A program made the position numbers and the translations under genes. Below are positions 10,503 through 19,216 of a stretch of DNA of 64,000 nucleotides, one piece after another. How positions within the stretch are numbered: the stretch's first letter is position 1; every line of letters begins with the position of its first letter. Below the pieces are notes generated by a model. It was not told the DNA's origin, did no database searches, and was given only the letters and a program-made list of their open reading frames with translations. Source of the stretch: an uncultured Alphaproteobacteria bacterium (GTDB lineage Bacteria; Pseudomonadota; Alphaproteobacteria; Sphingomonadales; Sphingomonadaceae); NCBI GenBank assembly GCA_963703115.1, contig OY969788.1, positions 855,265 through 919,264 of the forward strand, in the 5' to 3' direction.

Positions 10503-10805
10503 CTAGAGGATTTCGAGGACCCGCGACTTCCAGATGACGATCATCATCGCCACGCACGCCAGCACCGAGATCGCGACGACCAGCCGAAGGGTCTGCATGT
10601 TGACGCTGACCACCCGGTGTTCATCGAGCCGGTCAAAGACTGCGCTCGCACGCCGCTCGGCGGAGACGAACATGAGAATCGCCGTGGCAAGAAAGCCGGT
10701 CGCGATCAGCCGCGGGACCCAGCCTGGTTCGACCTTGTTGAACAACGCTTGGAAGGCAAGGCCGATGCCGATCGCGCCATATCCGGTGCGTAGCCATGAT
10801 GCCAA
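10503..10805 (-). CDS. DUF202 (YidH-like) membrane protein; true start probably upstream of 10805
   Basis: Two hydrophobic helices. The family-defining N-terminal motif (DRTVLANERTLASWLRT) begins upstream of the only canonical start, TTG at 10805. See the finding on this region. Confidence 0.6.
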   Translation of the reverse strand: MASWLRTGYGAIGIGLAFQALFNKVEPGWVPRLIATGFLATAILMFVSAERRASAVFDRLDEHRVVSVNMQTLRLVVAISVLACVAMMIVIWKSRVLEIL

Positions 10806-10907
10806 GGTCCGCTCGTTGGCAAGGACGGTCCGGTCCTCTGCTAGATCGGTGCGCTGCGCGCTCCCGCTGTGGTTGTCACCGCCGGCGATAAATCAATTCT
10901 CCCAGGG

Positions 10908-12194
10908 CTAGATGATCTCGCGCTTGTGGATAGCGCTTTTGGTCGACAGCGCAAAACGCGGCTCGGGCGCGCGAAGACCGAACAGTCGCTCGCTCGCATA
11001 ATGGCCAACCGCCGGACCATGTTTGAAGCCGTGCCCCGAACCACCCCCGACGATCATGACATTGGCAAGGGTGGGATGCAGGTCGATAATGAAATCGCCG
11101 TTCGAGCTGTTTTCGTACTGGCATACCCGGGCCTCGGTCAGCGGCGCACCCCGAAGCAAGGGAAAGCGGCGGTCGCGAAAGGCGATGATCTCATCCAGCG
11201 CTGCCTGCGTCGGGCGGCGATCCTGGGTGTCCGGATCGACCGTTACGCCATGCTTGTCGTGCGCGAACTTGACTCCGCGACCCTCCAGGTCGGGAAAGCC
11301 GTAAAACACGTCGCCCCCATTGAAATCGGCCCAGCCGGGCATGGCCGCAGGGCGGAACATCACCGAGCCAGCGGGCGGGGCGAAGAAGAACACCTCCTGC
11401 CGGGTAGGCTCGATCTTCGCGCCCACGACGTCCGGAAAGACCTTCGCCAGCCACGGACCGCAGGCGAAGACGAAGCGATCGGCAGCGACCGTCTTGCCCG
11501 AGGACAGGCGAATGGTGTCAAGGCGCGCGCCGGACTCGGACGGCGGCTTGACCATGCTTTGGACGTAGGTGCCCCCTGCGGCGACAAATTCGGCCACCAG
11601 CGTCTGGACTGCACGGCGCGCCATCAACGCCCCGAATTCAGGCTCGAACAATCCAAGCTCGACACCGGAAAAGTCGATCATCGGAAAGCGCCGCGAAAGC
11701 TCTTGGCGGCCAAATTGGCGCAACGGCAGCCCGAGCTTGCGGTGAACCGCCACCAAATCGCTGAAATAAGCGTCGGGAACGCCTGAGAAGAATAACACGC
11801 CGCATTGGTGGAGGATCGGAAGTCCCGAACGGCCGCTCAACGCCTTCCATTCCGGCAGGCTGGCTACCGCCATCCGGGTGTAGATTTCATCCTTACCGTA
11901 ACCCGCCCGGGTCATGCGCGATTCGCCGCCCGATGAAGCGCGGGCGTTTGCCGATCCCCAGGCGTCGATCAGAGTCACGCGATGGCCCGCGCGCTGGAGG
12001 AAAATAGCTGTCCAGGCACCGAACACCCCGGCGCCGATGACCGCCACATGCTCACCCGATCCGCGCGGAGCCGCTTGGAGAAATGCCGGCAAAACGGCAG
12101 CGCCGCCCGCCCCCATAAGGAGCGAGCGGCGCGTCACGGCCGAAAGGCTGGCCTTCCGGCGGGTTCCGAGCGGACGATTACTCGCCGCGCTCAC
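10908..12194 (-). CDS. FAD-dependent oxidoreductase (DAO family) with twin-arginine signal
   Basis: A Tat-type signal (TRRSLLMGAGGAAVLPAFLQAAP) is followed by the dinucleotide-binding motif VAVIGAGVFGAWTA. An alternative GTG start at 12137 would remove the overlap with the upstream receptor gene. Confidence 0.8.
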   Translation of the reverse strand: MSAASNRPLGTRRKASLSAVTRRSLLMGAGGAAVLPAFLQAAPRGSGEHVAVIGAGVFGAWTAIFLQRAGHRVTLIDAWGSANARASSGGESRMTRAGYGKDEIYTRMAVASLPEWKALSGRSGLPILHQCGVLFFSGVPDAYFSDLVAVHRKLGLPLRQFGRQELSRRFPMIDFSGVELGLFEPEFGALMARRAVQTLVAEFVAAGGTYVQSMVKPPSESGARLDTIRLSSGKTVAADRFVFACGPWLAKVFPDVVGAKIEPTRQEVFFFAPPAGSVMFRPAAMPGWADFNGGDVFYGFPDLEGRGVKFAHDKHGVTVDPDTQDRRPTQAALDEIIAFRDRRFPLLRGAPLTEARVCQYENSSNGDFIIDLHPTLANVMIVGGGSGHGFKHGPAVGHYASERLFGLRAPEPRFALSTKSAIHKREII

Positions 12195-14769
12195 CGCGTT
12201 CCACCGGCGGCGGGGGAGGCGGCGGGGGAGGCGGCGGTGCCATCTCCTGAACCGGTGCGGGCGGCGGCGGCGGCATCATGACCGGAGCCGGCGCCGGTGC
12301 CGCGAGCGAGCGGCCGAACATCTTCCGGACCGTCAGACCGATCGTCCGCGGCTGGCCGATATTGTAGGCGATCCGCGCCCGAAGCCCGCGCTCACGATCG
12401 AGCGAGAGGAGCGGGTTCTTGTCGAAGATATTATTCACATAGGCGATGACCTCGAGGCCATTGTCCCAGTGAAGCCCGCCCGACAGGTTGACGAGGCTGT
12501 ACGAAGGCAGCTTGAGCGAGCCGAAGTCGTTGACACCGCTGCCATAAGCCCCGGTGGCCGGGTCATAGAACAGCGCGCTCGAGACAAGGCCGGCACCCGT
12601 CTCTTGGTCGCTCGGCTGGGTATAACGACTGCCAAGGTGCTGGAAGCTTGCAGTCAGGTTCCAGTCAGTGGAATCGTTAAGTGGCCGCTCGTAAGTTGCC
12701 GTGGCAGCGAACTGGAACTTGGGCACGGTCGGCAGGCGATTGCCATCGCGAATCCCGCCGAGCACTGCGCCGGTTCCGGTCGTCACCGTGCTGTCGAACT
12801 TGGCGGACTGAACGGTCGTTGCAACCGAGAGGTTGAGGTCCGGCGTCGGACGAACGCCGAATTCCGCTTCGAGACCGGTCGAATGCGCCTTGGGCACATT
12901 GAACACGACGCGCGACGAACAGCTTCCGGCATCAAGCGTGACCTGAAGGTCCTTGATCGCGTTGTGGAACGCGGCTGCGTTGAAGTACATTGAGCGGCCA
13001 AGGCCGTACTTCATCCCCGCTTCGTAATTCCACAAAGTCTCGTCGTCATATTGCTGGTAGCCGCCGAAGATTTCGGCGTCAGCGGGCGTGCACAGCGGAA
13101 GGTTGAGCGGGTCATTGACACCCCCAAGACGGAAGCCCTTGGCCGCCTGGACGTTGAACGACAGCGCGCGGTTGGCCTCATAGGTCAGGATGACGCGTGG
13201 CGAAACGCCATTCGACTTGGTCTTGTCGCCAAGGTTCGTATTTCCGTCCGAGAAAATGCCGCCCGAGACGAAGTCACGCAATTCCTTGAAGTTGTAATAG
13301 CGTGCGCCGGCGGTCAGTTTGAACTGGCCAAACTGATAGCTTCCTTCGCCGAACAGTGCAGTCTGCTTGATGTCGTATGGAATATCGGCGTTGTACGGCG
13401 AATTCGCCGGGAAGCCGTTATAGGTCGCCGAAATCGGCAATCCACCTGCAGCGACGTCAAGGAACGCCTGGCCGAACGGGTCCGAACCCGGTGTCGGAAG
13501 ACGCTGCGCATAGGTCCGGTCGACTTTGGAGTAAAAGCCGCCGAACACCCACTGGAACGGTCCGGCGCCAGTCGAGGACAGGCGCAGTTCCTGGGTCCAT
13601 TGCTTGAGCTTGGTCGTGTCCCGAAGGTTCGAGTTGAGCGCCGCACCGCCGGCCGCATCAGGTGCTGCGCCTGCGAACGAGATATAGACCGAACCGGTCA
13701 GTGCCGAGGCATCGCGGCTGACGAGGATGTTGCGGTTGAGATAGCTCGACACGCTGGTCAGTTCGGCCCCGCCAAAGTCATAGGACATGACGAGGTCGGT
13801 AAGCAGTGTCTTGTCGCTGAACTTCTCACGGAAGCGAAGATACTGTTCGCGTTCACCAAGCGTGTTGCCACCGGTAGTGAATTGGTTGTCGAACAGGATA
13901 TATTCGTCCTGACGGTTGAACCCGCCGGCGGTGACCTTCTGATAAACTACCCGCGGAGTGATACGGAAGTTGTCACTCGGCTGGAGGAGCAGCGCGATGC
14001 GGGTGCCCCAGCGGTCGCCGTCATTGACGTTCTTCTTGCTGTACGGCCCGATGGAATCGATGAAGCCGCCAAAGTGCGTGTTATAGCCGACGACGCGAAG
14101 CGCGGCCCCTTGCCCGAAGGGAATGTTATAGGCGCCCTTCACCGAATAGCCGACGCCGCCGCCCTTGAGCATGTTGACGTTGCCTTCGACCGCGCCCTCG
14201 ACGCGATCGGTGGTCGGCTGGTTGGTGATGTAGCGCAACGTTCCGCCGACGCTGCCCGAACCGAACAGCGTGCCCTGCGGGCCGCGCAGGGTCTCGAGGC
14301 GGTTCAAGTCGAACAAGTCAAAGTCGGGCGTGAAGAGCGAAAGCGATGCAACAAATTCGTCGAGATAGACGCCGACCTGTTCCTTGACTCCCGGCTGATC
14401 GCGCACGATCTGGCCCGCCGAAACACCGCGTACCGAGACCTGGCTTTGGCCCGGCCCGAGGTTCTGGACCGTCAGGCTGGCGACGTTACGGCTGATATCC
14501 TCAAGTGTCTGGGCATTTGCGCGCTGGATGTCTTCCTGGGTCTGCGCGTTGATTGAAAACGGCACGTCCTGCACGCGGCTGGCGCGCTTGGTCGCGGTCA
14601 CGATGATCGCGTCTTCCTCAAACGACGACACCTCGTCGGCCGGCGGCGTGGTAGTATTGTCAGTGTCATTCGCCTCTTGGGCGATTGCTGCCTGCTCGGT
14701 TTGGGCGTGGGCCGGTACTGCCAGCGCGACAAGCGACGTGCCGACCAGCAAAGATGTGGTGATGCGCAT
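12178..14769 (-). CDS. TonB-dependent receptor with a 45-aa proline-rich C-terminal extension
   Basis: Signal peptide (MRITTSLLVGTSLVALAVPAHA), plug domain (IIVTATKR, ETLRGPQGTLFGSGSVGG), long beta-barrel. The canonical terminal strand ends RTIGLTVRKMF (Phe codon 12316-12318) and is followed by 45 more codons containing 11 consecutive Pro. Confidence 0.9.
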   Translation of the reverse strand: MRITTSLLVGTSLVALAVPAHAQTEQAAIAQEANDTDNTTTPPADEVSSFEEDAIIVTATKRASRVQDVPFSINAQTQEDIQRANAQTLEDISRNVASLTVQNLGPGQSQVSVRGVSAGQIVRDQPGVKEQVGVYLDEFVASLSLFTPDFDLFDLNRLETLRGPQGTLFGSGSVGGTLRYITNQPTTDRVEGAVEGNVNMLKGGGVGYSVKGAYNIPFGQGAALRVVGYNTHFGGFIDSIGPYSKKNVNDGDRWGTRIALLLQPSDNFRITPRVVYQKVTAGGFNRQDEYILFDNQFTTGGNTLGEREQYLRFREKFSDKTLLTDLVMSYDFGGAELTSVSSYLNRNILVSRDASALTGSVYISFAGAAPDAAGGAALNSNLRDTTKLKQWTQELRLSSTGAGPFQWVFGGFYSKVDRTYAQRLPTPGSDPFGQAFLDVAAGGLPISATYNGFPANSPYNADIPYDIKQTALFGEGSYQFGQFKLTAGARYYNFKELRDFVSGGIFSDGNTNLGDKTKSNGVSPRVILTYEANRALSFNVQAAKGFRLGGVNDPLNLPLCTPADAEIFGGYQQYDDETLWNYEAGMKYGLGRSMYFNAAAFHNAIKDLQVTLDAGSCSSRVVFNVPKAHSTGLEAEFGVRPTPDLNLSVATTVQSAKFDSTVTTGTGAVLGGIRDGNRLPTVPKFQFAATATYERPLNDSTDWNLTASFQHLGSRYTQPSDQETGAGLVSSALFYDPATGAYGSGVNDFGSLKLPSYSLVNLSGGLHWDNGLEVIAYVNNIFDKNPLLSLDRERGLRARIAYNIGQPRTIGLTVRKMFGRSLAAPAPAPVMMPPPPPAPVQEMAPPPPPPPPPPPVERGERGE

Positions 14770-14897
14770 AAATTCTCCCCTTCGTGCGCTTTCGGTAAAA
14801 AGCGCGCCAATCTCTCCTAATCCGAAGCAAAGGTGGAGCCTAAAGCGTGTCCGGATGACGTTCTCGGGACGAATGTTGCATAACTGTAACAGTCGTT

Positions 14898-15386
14898 TCA
14901 GGCGAACGGCAGCAGTTCCGCGAGCTCTTGCCGGTCGGCTCGCGGTTGCGCGCCGATTTTCGCAAGGAACGCATGGCGAACGATTTCGGCTTGTTGTTCA
15001 AGCCCGTAGGCCGCGAATGCTTTGCCCGGAACACGGCGATAATCGTAGCGGCAGAACGGGTGGCGCATCAGCGGAAGGAAAAATCGCCCGCCTTTCTGCG
15101 CCTGCCAGACATGGGTCATCTCGTGGATGAAAAACCCCTGAGCGGCGGGCGGCTCAAGCGAAAAGTCCGGCGACCAGCCGCCACGTTCCGGATGGAAATA
15201 GATTTCGCCCATCGGTGCCATCGCTACTCCGCGCGGATGAAACGGCCAGAACTTGCCGCGAACCAGCCGCACTTGCAGATAGTCGATGGCGTCGCCGAAC
15301 ACCGTCCGGCACAGCGCGATTTCCCCGTTGGTAAGTTGGCGCTTGTGCATTGCCGTCCACTTAGGAAAAGAGGGGACCTGCGCCAA
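14898..15386 (-). CDS. HExxH-motif protein of unknown function (putative zinc-metallopeptidase-like)
   Basis: 162-aa ORF with [13 protein letters not shown] (HExxH). There is no signal peptide. Homologues are, as far as I recall, annotated only as Vgr-related or hypothetical. Confidence 0.6.
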   Translation of the reverse strand: MAQVPSFPKWTAMHKRQLTNGEIALCRTVFGDAIDYLQVRLVRGKFWPFHPRGVAMAPMGEIYFHPERGGWSPDFSLEPPAAQGFFIHEMTHVWQAQKGGRFFLPLMRHPFCRYDYRRVPGKAFAAYGLEQQAEIVRHAFLAKIGAQPRADRQELAELLPFA

Positions 15387-15461
15387 GCGTCACGTGCTCC
15401 CTTGCGAGGATGCCGCGCCCTCGCTAGGGCAGCGCAAACGCATAAATGGAGGAAACATCAC

Positions 15462-15698
15462 ATGAGCGAGACTGCTGATCGGGTGAAGAAGATCGTCGTC
15501 GAACATCTCGGCGTCGAAGGCGAAAAGGTCACTGAGGAAGCCAGCTTCATCGACGACCTGGGCGCCGATAGCCTCGACATCGTCGAGCTGGTGATGGCGT
15601 TTGAGGAAGAATTCGGGGTCGAAATCCCGGACGACGCGGCGGAAAAGATCGCGACCGTCAAGGACGCGATCGACTATATCGACAGCAACAAGGGCTAG
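15462..15698 (+). CDS. acpP: acyl carrier protein
   Basis: 78 aa, [18 protein letters not shown]...[22 protein letters not shown], with the DSLD phosphopantetheine site. A GGAGG-type RBS lies upstream of the ATG at 15462. Confidence 0.95.
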   Translation: MSETADRVKKIVVEHLGVEGEKVTEEASFIDDLGADSLDIVELVMAFEEEFGVEIPDDAAEKIATVKDAIDYIDSNKG

Positions 15699-15780
15699 CG
15701 CCCAAGCCGCTTCCTTGCCCTGAGCTTGTCGACGGGCCGCTCCGGTTGACCATTCGGGCCGGAATTGAGAAGCATCGACA

Positions 15781-15816
15781 GGCTCAGCCCCTAATCGGGC
15801 TGGGCCTTTCGTATTT
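15781..15816 (+). terminator. hairpin plus U-rich tract in the acpP-fabF spacer (possible attenuator)
   Basis: GGCTCAGCCC (15781-15790) pairs with GGGCTGGGCC (15797-15806) with one mismatch, followed by TTTCGTATTT. Confidence 0.35.
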
Positions 15817-15828
15817 CGGAGGGATAAT

Positions 15829-17088
15829 ATGCGTCGTGTCGTCGTGACTGGACTGGGCCTCGTTACCCCGCTTGGGGCGGACGTCGAAACCGCCTGGTCG
15901 AATCTCCTCGCGGGTAAGAGCGGCGCGGGACCAATCACCCGGTTCGACGCATCGGACCAGAAGTGTCAGATCGCTTGCGAGGTCAAACCCGCCGATCACG
16001 AATATGGATTCGACCCGAACAAGCGCGTTGACCACAAGGTCCAGCGCCAGGTGGACCAGTTCATCATCTATGGAATCGATGCCGCGGGCCAGGCGATCGA
16101 GGACGCTGGCCTGACCGACATGGACGAAGCGACCCGCTTTCGGGCAGGCTGCTCGATCGGCTCAGGGATCGGGGGCTTGCCGGGGATCGAGAGCGAAAGC
16201 CTGCTGCTTGCCGAAAAAGGGCCAACTCGGGTCAGCCCGCACTTCGTCCACGGACGCCTGATCAACCTTATCTCGGGCCAGGTCTCGATTAAATACGGCC
16301 TGATGGGCCCGAACCACGCTGTGGTCACCGCCTGTTCGACCGGCGCGCACTCGATCGGCGATGCTGCGCGGATGATCCGCGATTGCGATGCTGACATCAT
16401 GCTTGCCGGCGGTGCCGAAGCGACCATTTGCCCAATTGGAATCGCTGGATTTGCGCAGGCGCGGGCGCTCAACATGAGCATGAACGATCGCCCGCAAGAG
16501 GCCAGCCGACCCTACGACAAGGGCCGCGACGGGTTCGTGATGGGCGAAGGAGCAGGCGTTGTGGTGCTCGAGGAATATGAGCATGCCAAGGCGCGCGGAG
16601 CGAAAATCTACGCCGAGGTGGTTGGCTACGGAATGTCGGGCGATGCCCATCACGTTACCGCGCCCCATCCCGAAGGCGACGGGGCCTTCCGCTCGATGAA
16701 GGCGGCGCTTGATAAAGCGGGGATGAAGCCGACGGATATCGATTACATCAACGCCCACGGCACCTCGACGATGGCCGATACCATCGAGCTTGCGTCGGTC
16801 AGGAAGCTGTTCGGGGATGATATCGGCGGCGCATCGATGAGTTCGACCAAGTCGGCGATCGGGCACCTGCTGGGCGGCGCCGGAGCGGTCGAGACGATCT
16901 TCTGCATTCTCGCGATCCGGGACCAGATCGTTCCCCCGACCCTCAACCTCCACAATCCCGACGACGGGACCGAGGGCGTGGACCTGGTCCCGCTGAAGGC
17001 GCGAAAGCGCGAAGTGCGCGCCGCGCTCAACAACAGTTTCGGCTTTGGCGGCACCAACGCCTCGCTGATCGTCAAGAAGGTCGATTAG
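15829..17088 (+). CDS. fabF: beta-ketoacyl-ACP synthase II
   Basis: 419-aa ORF: MRRVVVTGLGLVTPLG, active-site region VVTACSTGAHSIGDA, HVTAPHPEG, NAHGTSTMADTIE and NSFGFGGTNASL. Confidence 0.95.
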   Translation: MRRVVVTGLGLVTPLGADVETAWSNLLAGKSGAGPITRFDASDQKCQIACEVKPADHEYGFDPNKRVDHKVQRQVDQFIIYGIDAAGQAIEDAGLTDMDEATRFRAGCSIGSGIGGLPGIESESLLLAEKGPTRVSPHFVHGRLINLISGQVSIKYGLMGPNHAVVTACSTGAHSIGDAARMIRDCDADIMLAGGAEATICPIGIAGFAQARALNMSMNDRPQEASRPYDKGRDGFVMGEGAGVVVLEEYEHAKARGAKIYAEVVGYGMSGDAHHVTAPHPEGDGAFRSMKAALDKAGMKPTDIDYINAHGTSTMADTIELASVRKLFGDDIGGASMSSTKSAIGHLLGGAGAVETIFCILAIRDQIVPPTLNLHNPDDGTEGVDLVPLKARKREVRAALNNSFGFGGTNASLIVKKVD

Positions 17089-17091
17089 CCG

Positions 17092-18054
17092 ATGCTGCGC
17101 GGGTGGGGCGCGCGGCTTGGCTTGCTTCTGGCCCTGGTGGTCGCGGCGGCGTGGTTCCTGTTCTGGAAGCCGGGCGGAAACAGCGAGCCGACGACCTTTA
17201 TCGTCGAGCAGGGGAGCAGCGTTTCCTCGGTCGCGGAAAAACTCGGCGACGCGGGACTGGTCGACCGGCCAATCGCCTTCAAACTTTATGCCCGCCTGTT
17301 TGGCGGTGGTGCCCCGGTCCAGGCCGGCGAGTTCGAGATTCCCGCCCGCGCAAGCACTGCTGCGATCGTCGACTTGCTGCAGCACGGGCGACCGCTGCAA
17401 CGCCTGATGACGGTGCCAGAAGGAATGCCCTCGATCATGGTGCAGGAGCGGCTGGCCGCCTTGCCCTTTACGCAAGGGAAGGCGCCGCTTCCGCCAGAGG
17501 GAAGCGTGCTTCCCAACAGTTACACCTATGAGCGGGGTGAGCAGCGCTCTGAAATCCTCAACCGCATGACCGGCGCGATGGACCAGGAACTTGCCAGATT
17601 GTGGGCGCAACGCGACGGCAAATGCCCGGTAAAGACCCCGCGAGAGGCGATCATCCTGGCGTCGATTGTCGAGAAGGAAACCGGTAAGCCGAGCGAACGG
17701 CCAATGATCGCCGGGGTGTATTGCAACCGGCTTAAAATCGGGATGAAGCTGGATGCGGATCCGACGGTGATCTACCCGGTAACAAAGGGCAAACCGCTGG
17801 GACGGCGGATCCTGCGGTCGGAACTTGCTTCGGATAACGGATACAATACCTATCGCCGCGCGGGCTTGCCGGACGGGCCGATCGCCAATCCGGGGAAGGA
17901 AAGCATTGCCGCGGTCCTTCGGCCAGCCACGACCGACGCGCTTTATTTCGTTGCAGATGGCAGTGGCGGGCATGTATTTGCTGCAACCTTCGAGGACCAC
18001 CAGCGCAACGTCGCCAAGTGGTTCGCTTATCGCCGCAAGAAAGGTGACATGTGA
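17092..18054 (+). CDS. mltG: endolytic murein transglycosylase MltG (YceG-like)
   Basis: N-terminal membrane anchor, then ILASIVEKETG, AGVYCNRLKIGMKLDADPTVIY, YNTYRRAGLPDGPIANPG. It follows fabF, as in many proteobacteria. Confidence 0.9.
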   Translation: MLRGWGARLGLLLALVVAAAWFLFWKPGGNSEPTTFIVEQGSSVSSVAEKLGDAGLVDRPIAFKLYARLFGGGAPVQAGEFEIPARASTAAIVDLLQHGRPLQRLMTVPEGMPSIMVQERLAALPFTQGKAPLPPEGSVLPNSYTYERGEQRSEILNRMTGAMDQELARLWAQRDGKCPVKTPREAIILASIVEKETGKPSERPMIAGVYCNRLKIGMKLDADPTVIYPVTKGKPLGRRILRSELASDNGYNTYRRAGLPDGPIANPGKESIAAVLRPATTDALYFVADGSGGHVFAATFEDHQRNVAKWFAYRRKKGDM

Positions 18055-18410
18055 ATAATCGTCGCGAAGACGGACACTCTTTGAAAATCGACCCCCGCAT
18101 TGTTCAGGCCGGGTGGTACGCGTTCGGAGCGTCGGTCTTTCTGTGGATTGCCGGAATGCTGGTCAGTCCGACCAGCGGACCCAGCGGTTCCGGCTCGCTT
18201 CCAATGTTGCGGGTGCAGGCCGCTTATGTCGTCGCGACGCTGCAAATCATCAGCGCGATTTTTGCCATGATGATCGTGGCCCCCTATCGCAGGAGCCGTC
18301 GGCGTCGCCGACCAATGCGGGACTGGTCGCTGCGTATCTTCCTTCTGGTCATCGTAATGACCGGGCTTCTGCAAATCTCGCTTTTGATGCGGATAACGCA
18401 CGCCCAATAG
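18051..18410 (+). CDS. hypothetical small membrane protein
   Basis: 119-aa ORF overlapping the mltG stop, with three hydrophobic segments and an RRSRRRRRP loop. I recognise no family. Confidence 0.45.
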   Translation: MNNRREDGHSLKIDPRIVQAGWYAFGASVFLWIAGMLVSPTSGPSGSGSLPMLRVQAAYVVATLQIISAIFAMMIVAPYRRSRRRRRPMRDWSLRIFLLVIVMTGLLQISLLMRITHAQ

Positions 18411-18433
18411 GGCCATCGGATTTGGCGCGGGGT

Positions 18434-18760
18434 CTAGCGACCGACCGCAGCGGCGTTCACGTAACCGACCAGCCCGTCATCGCCGGCATAGCCCCATGCC
18501 CACCCAAGCGTGTCGTCAAGTAGCCGAAAACGCGTGCCCTTCGAAAGTTTGGCAATGATCGCGCTGTGCTCGCTTGGACCCTCGTGCAGCGCTGCGTTTG
18601 CAACAAGGCGTCGTTCTACCGGTTCGGCATAGTGCGAGGCGATTACCCGGCCAGCCAGCGCCGCATCGGCCAGATCCTCGCGAAACGCATGACGGGTGGG
18701 GTCGGGCGGGTCGGACGGCCCAGCCAGTGCAAATCCGTTAACCGCGCGCGAAGGCTGCAA
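18434..18760 (-). CDS. bacterial SH3-domain protein (start uncertain)
   Basis: The C-terminal half (AIIAKLSKGTRFRLLDDTLGWAWGYAGDDGLVGYVNAAAV) looks like an SH3b domain. The ORF is open to 18919 but would then overlap the MarR gene by 180 nt. TTG at 18760 or 18832 are the plausible starts. Confidence 0.5.
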   Translation of the reverse strand: MQPSRAVNGFALAGPSDPPDPTRHAFREDLADAALAGRVIASHYAEPVERRLVANAALHEGPSEHSAIIAKLSKGTRFRLLDDTLGWAWGYAGDDGLVGYVNAAAVGR

Positions 18761-19115
18761 CTCGCTCGACTGGGCGAAGGACGTTTCCGTTGCCGGTCCC
18801 GGGTCCGGCGATATTGCGTTTAAATCCTTCAAGGAAATCAGCCCCGTTCGAAGTGCGGACGACGAATACGTTGCGGCGATCGTCCTGGTCGCGCTCGCGG
18901 CGCAGATAGCCGAGCCCACCCAAAGTGTTCAAGGCGCGCGTTACGACCGGTTTCGAAACTCCTAAAATGCGCGCAAGCCCGCGAACGGTGTGCGGGCCGG
19001 GCGTGAGGTAAACCACCATGAGAAGGGCCATCTGGCGGTTCGTAAGATCGGGTTCGCCCGACCTGACATAGGCGATCAGCGCTTTCATCCATGCGGCAAG
19101 CGGTCCATCGCCCAT
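18738..19115 (-). CDS. MarR-family transcriptional regulator
   Basis: 125-aa ORF with the winged-helix core LTNRQMALLMVVYLTPGPHTVRGLARILGVSKPVVTRALNTLGGLGYLRRERDQDDRRNVFV. Confidence 0.75.
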   Translation of the reverse strand: MGDGPLAAWMKALIAYVRSGEPDLTNRQMALLMVVYLTPGPHTVRGLARILGVSKPVVTRALNTLGGLGYLRRERDQDDRRNVFVVRTSNGADFLEGFKRNIAGPGTGNGNVLRPVERVAAFARG

Positions 19116-19216
19116 CTTGTCCTCCGTTCACGTCGCTTAGTGCAAGGTAAACTGGTAAGGACCCGAAATGTTGCAGGCGCGCCGCCAAAAATGACGAAAA
19201 ACTAGGGGTTTATAGC

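Noticed and set aside
12198-12240. GC-rich direct repeat (GGCGGCGGGGGAG x2) that looks like a simple-sequence or CRISPR-like repeat
   Set aside because: It is the coding sequence of the polyproline tail of the receptor gene. There are only two short units and no spacer architecture.
13051-14556. 501-aa ORF on the plus strand inside the TonB-dependent receptor gene
   Set aside because: It is antisense to a gene with signal peptide, plug and barrel motifs. It is a high-GC shadow frame.
14770-14897. Possible riboswitch or Fur box in the leader of the TonB-dependent receptor gene
   Set aside because: I could not match the region to cobalamin, TPP or other riboswitch cores, or to a convincing Fur box. 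Only a small hairpin (GCGCGCTTTTTACCGAAAGCGCAC) is visible.
16162-18000. 612-aa ORF on the minus strand spanning fabF and mltG
   Set aside because: It lies antisense to two genes with unmistakable family signatures. Its composition is Arg/Ala/Gly/Pro-rich, typical of shadow ORFs in high-GC DNA, and it has no recognisable motif.
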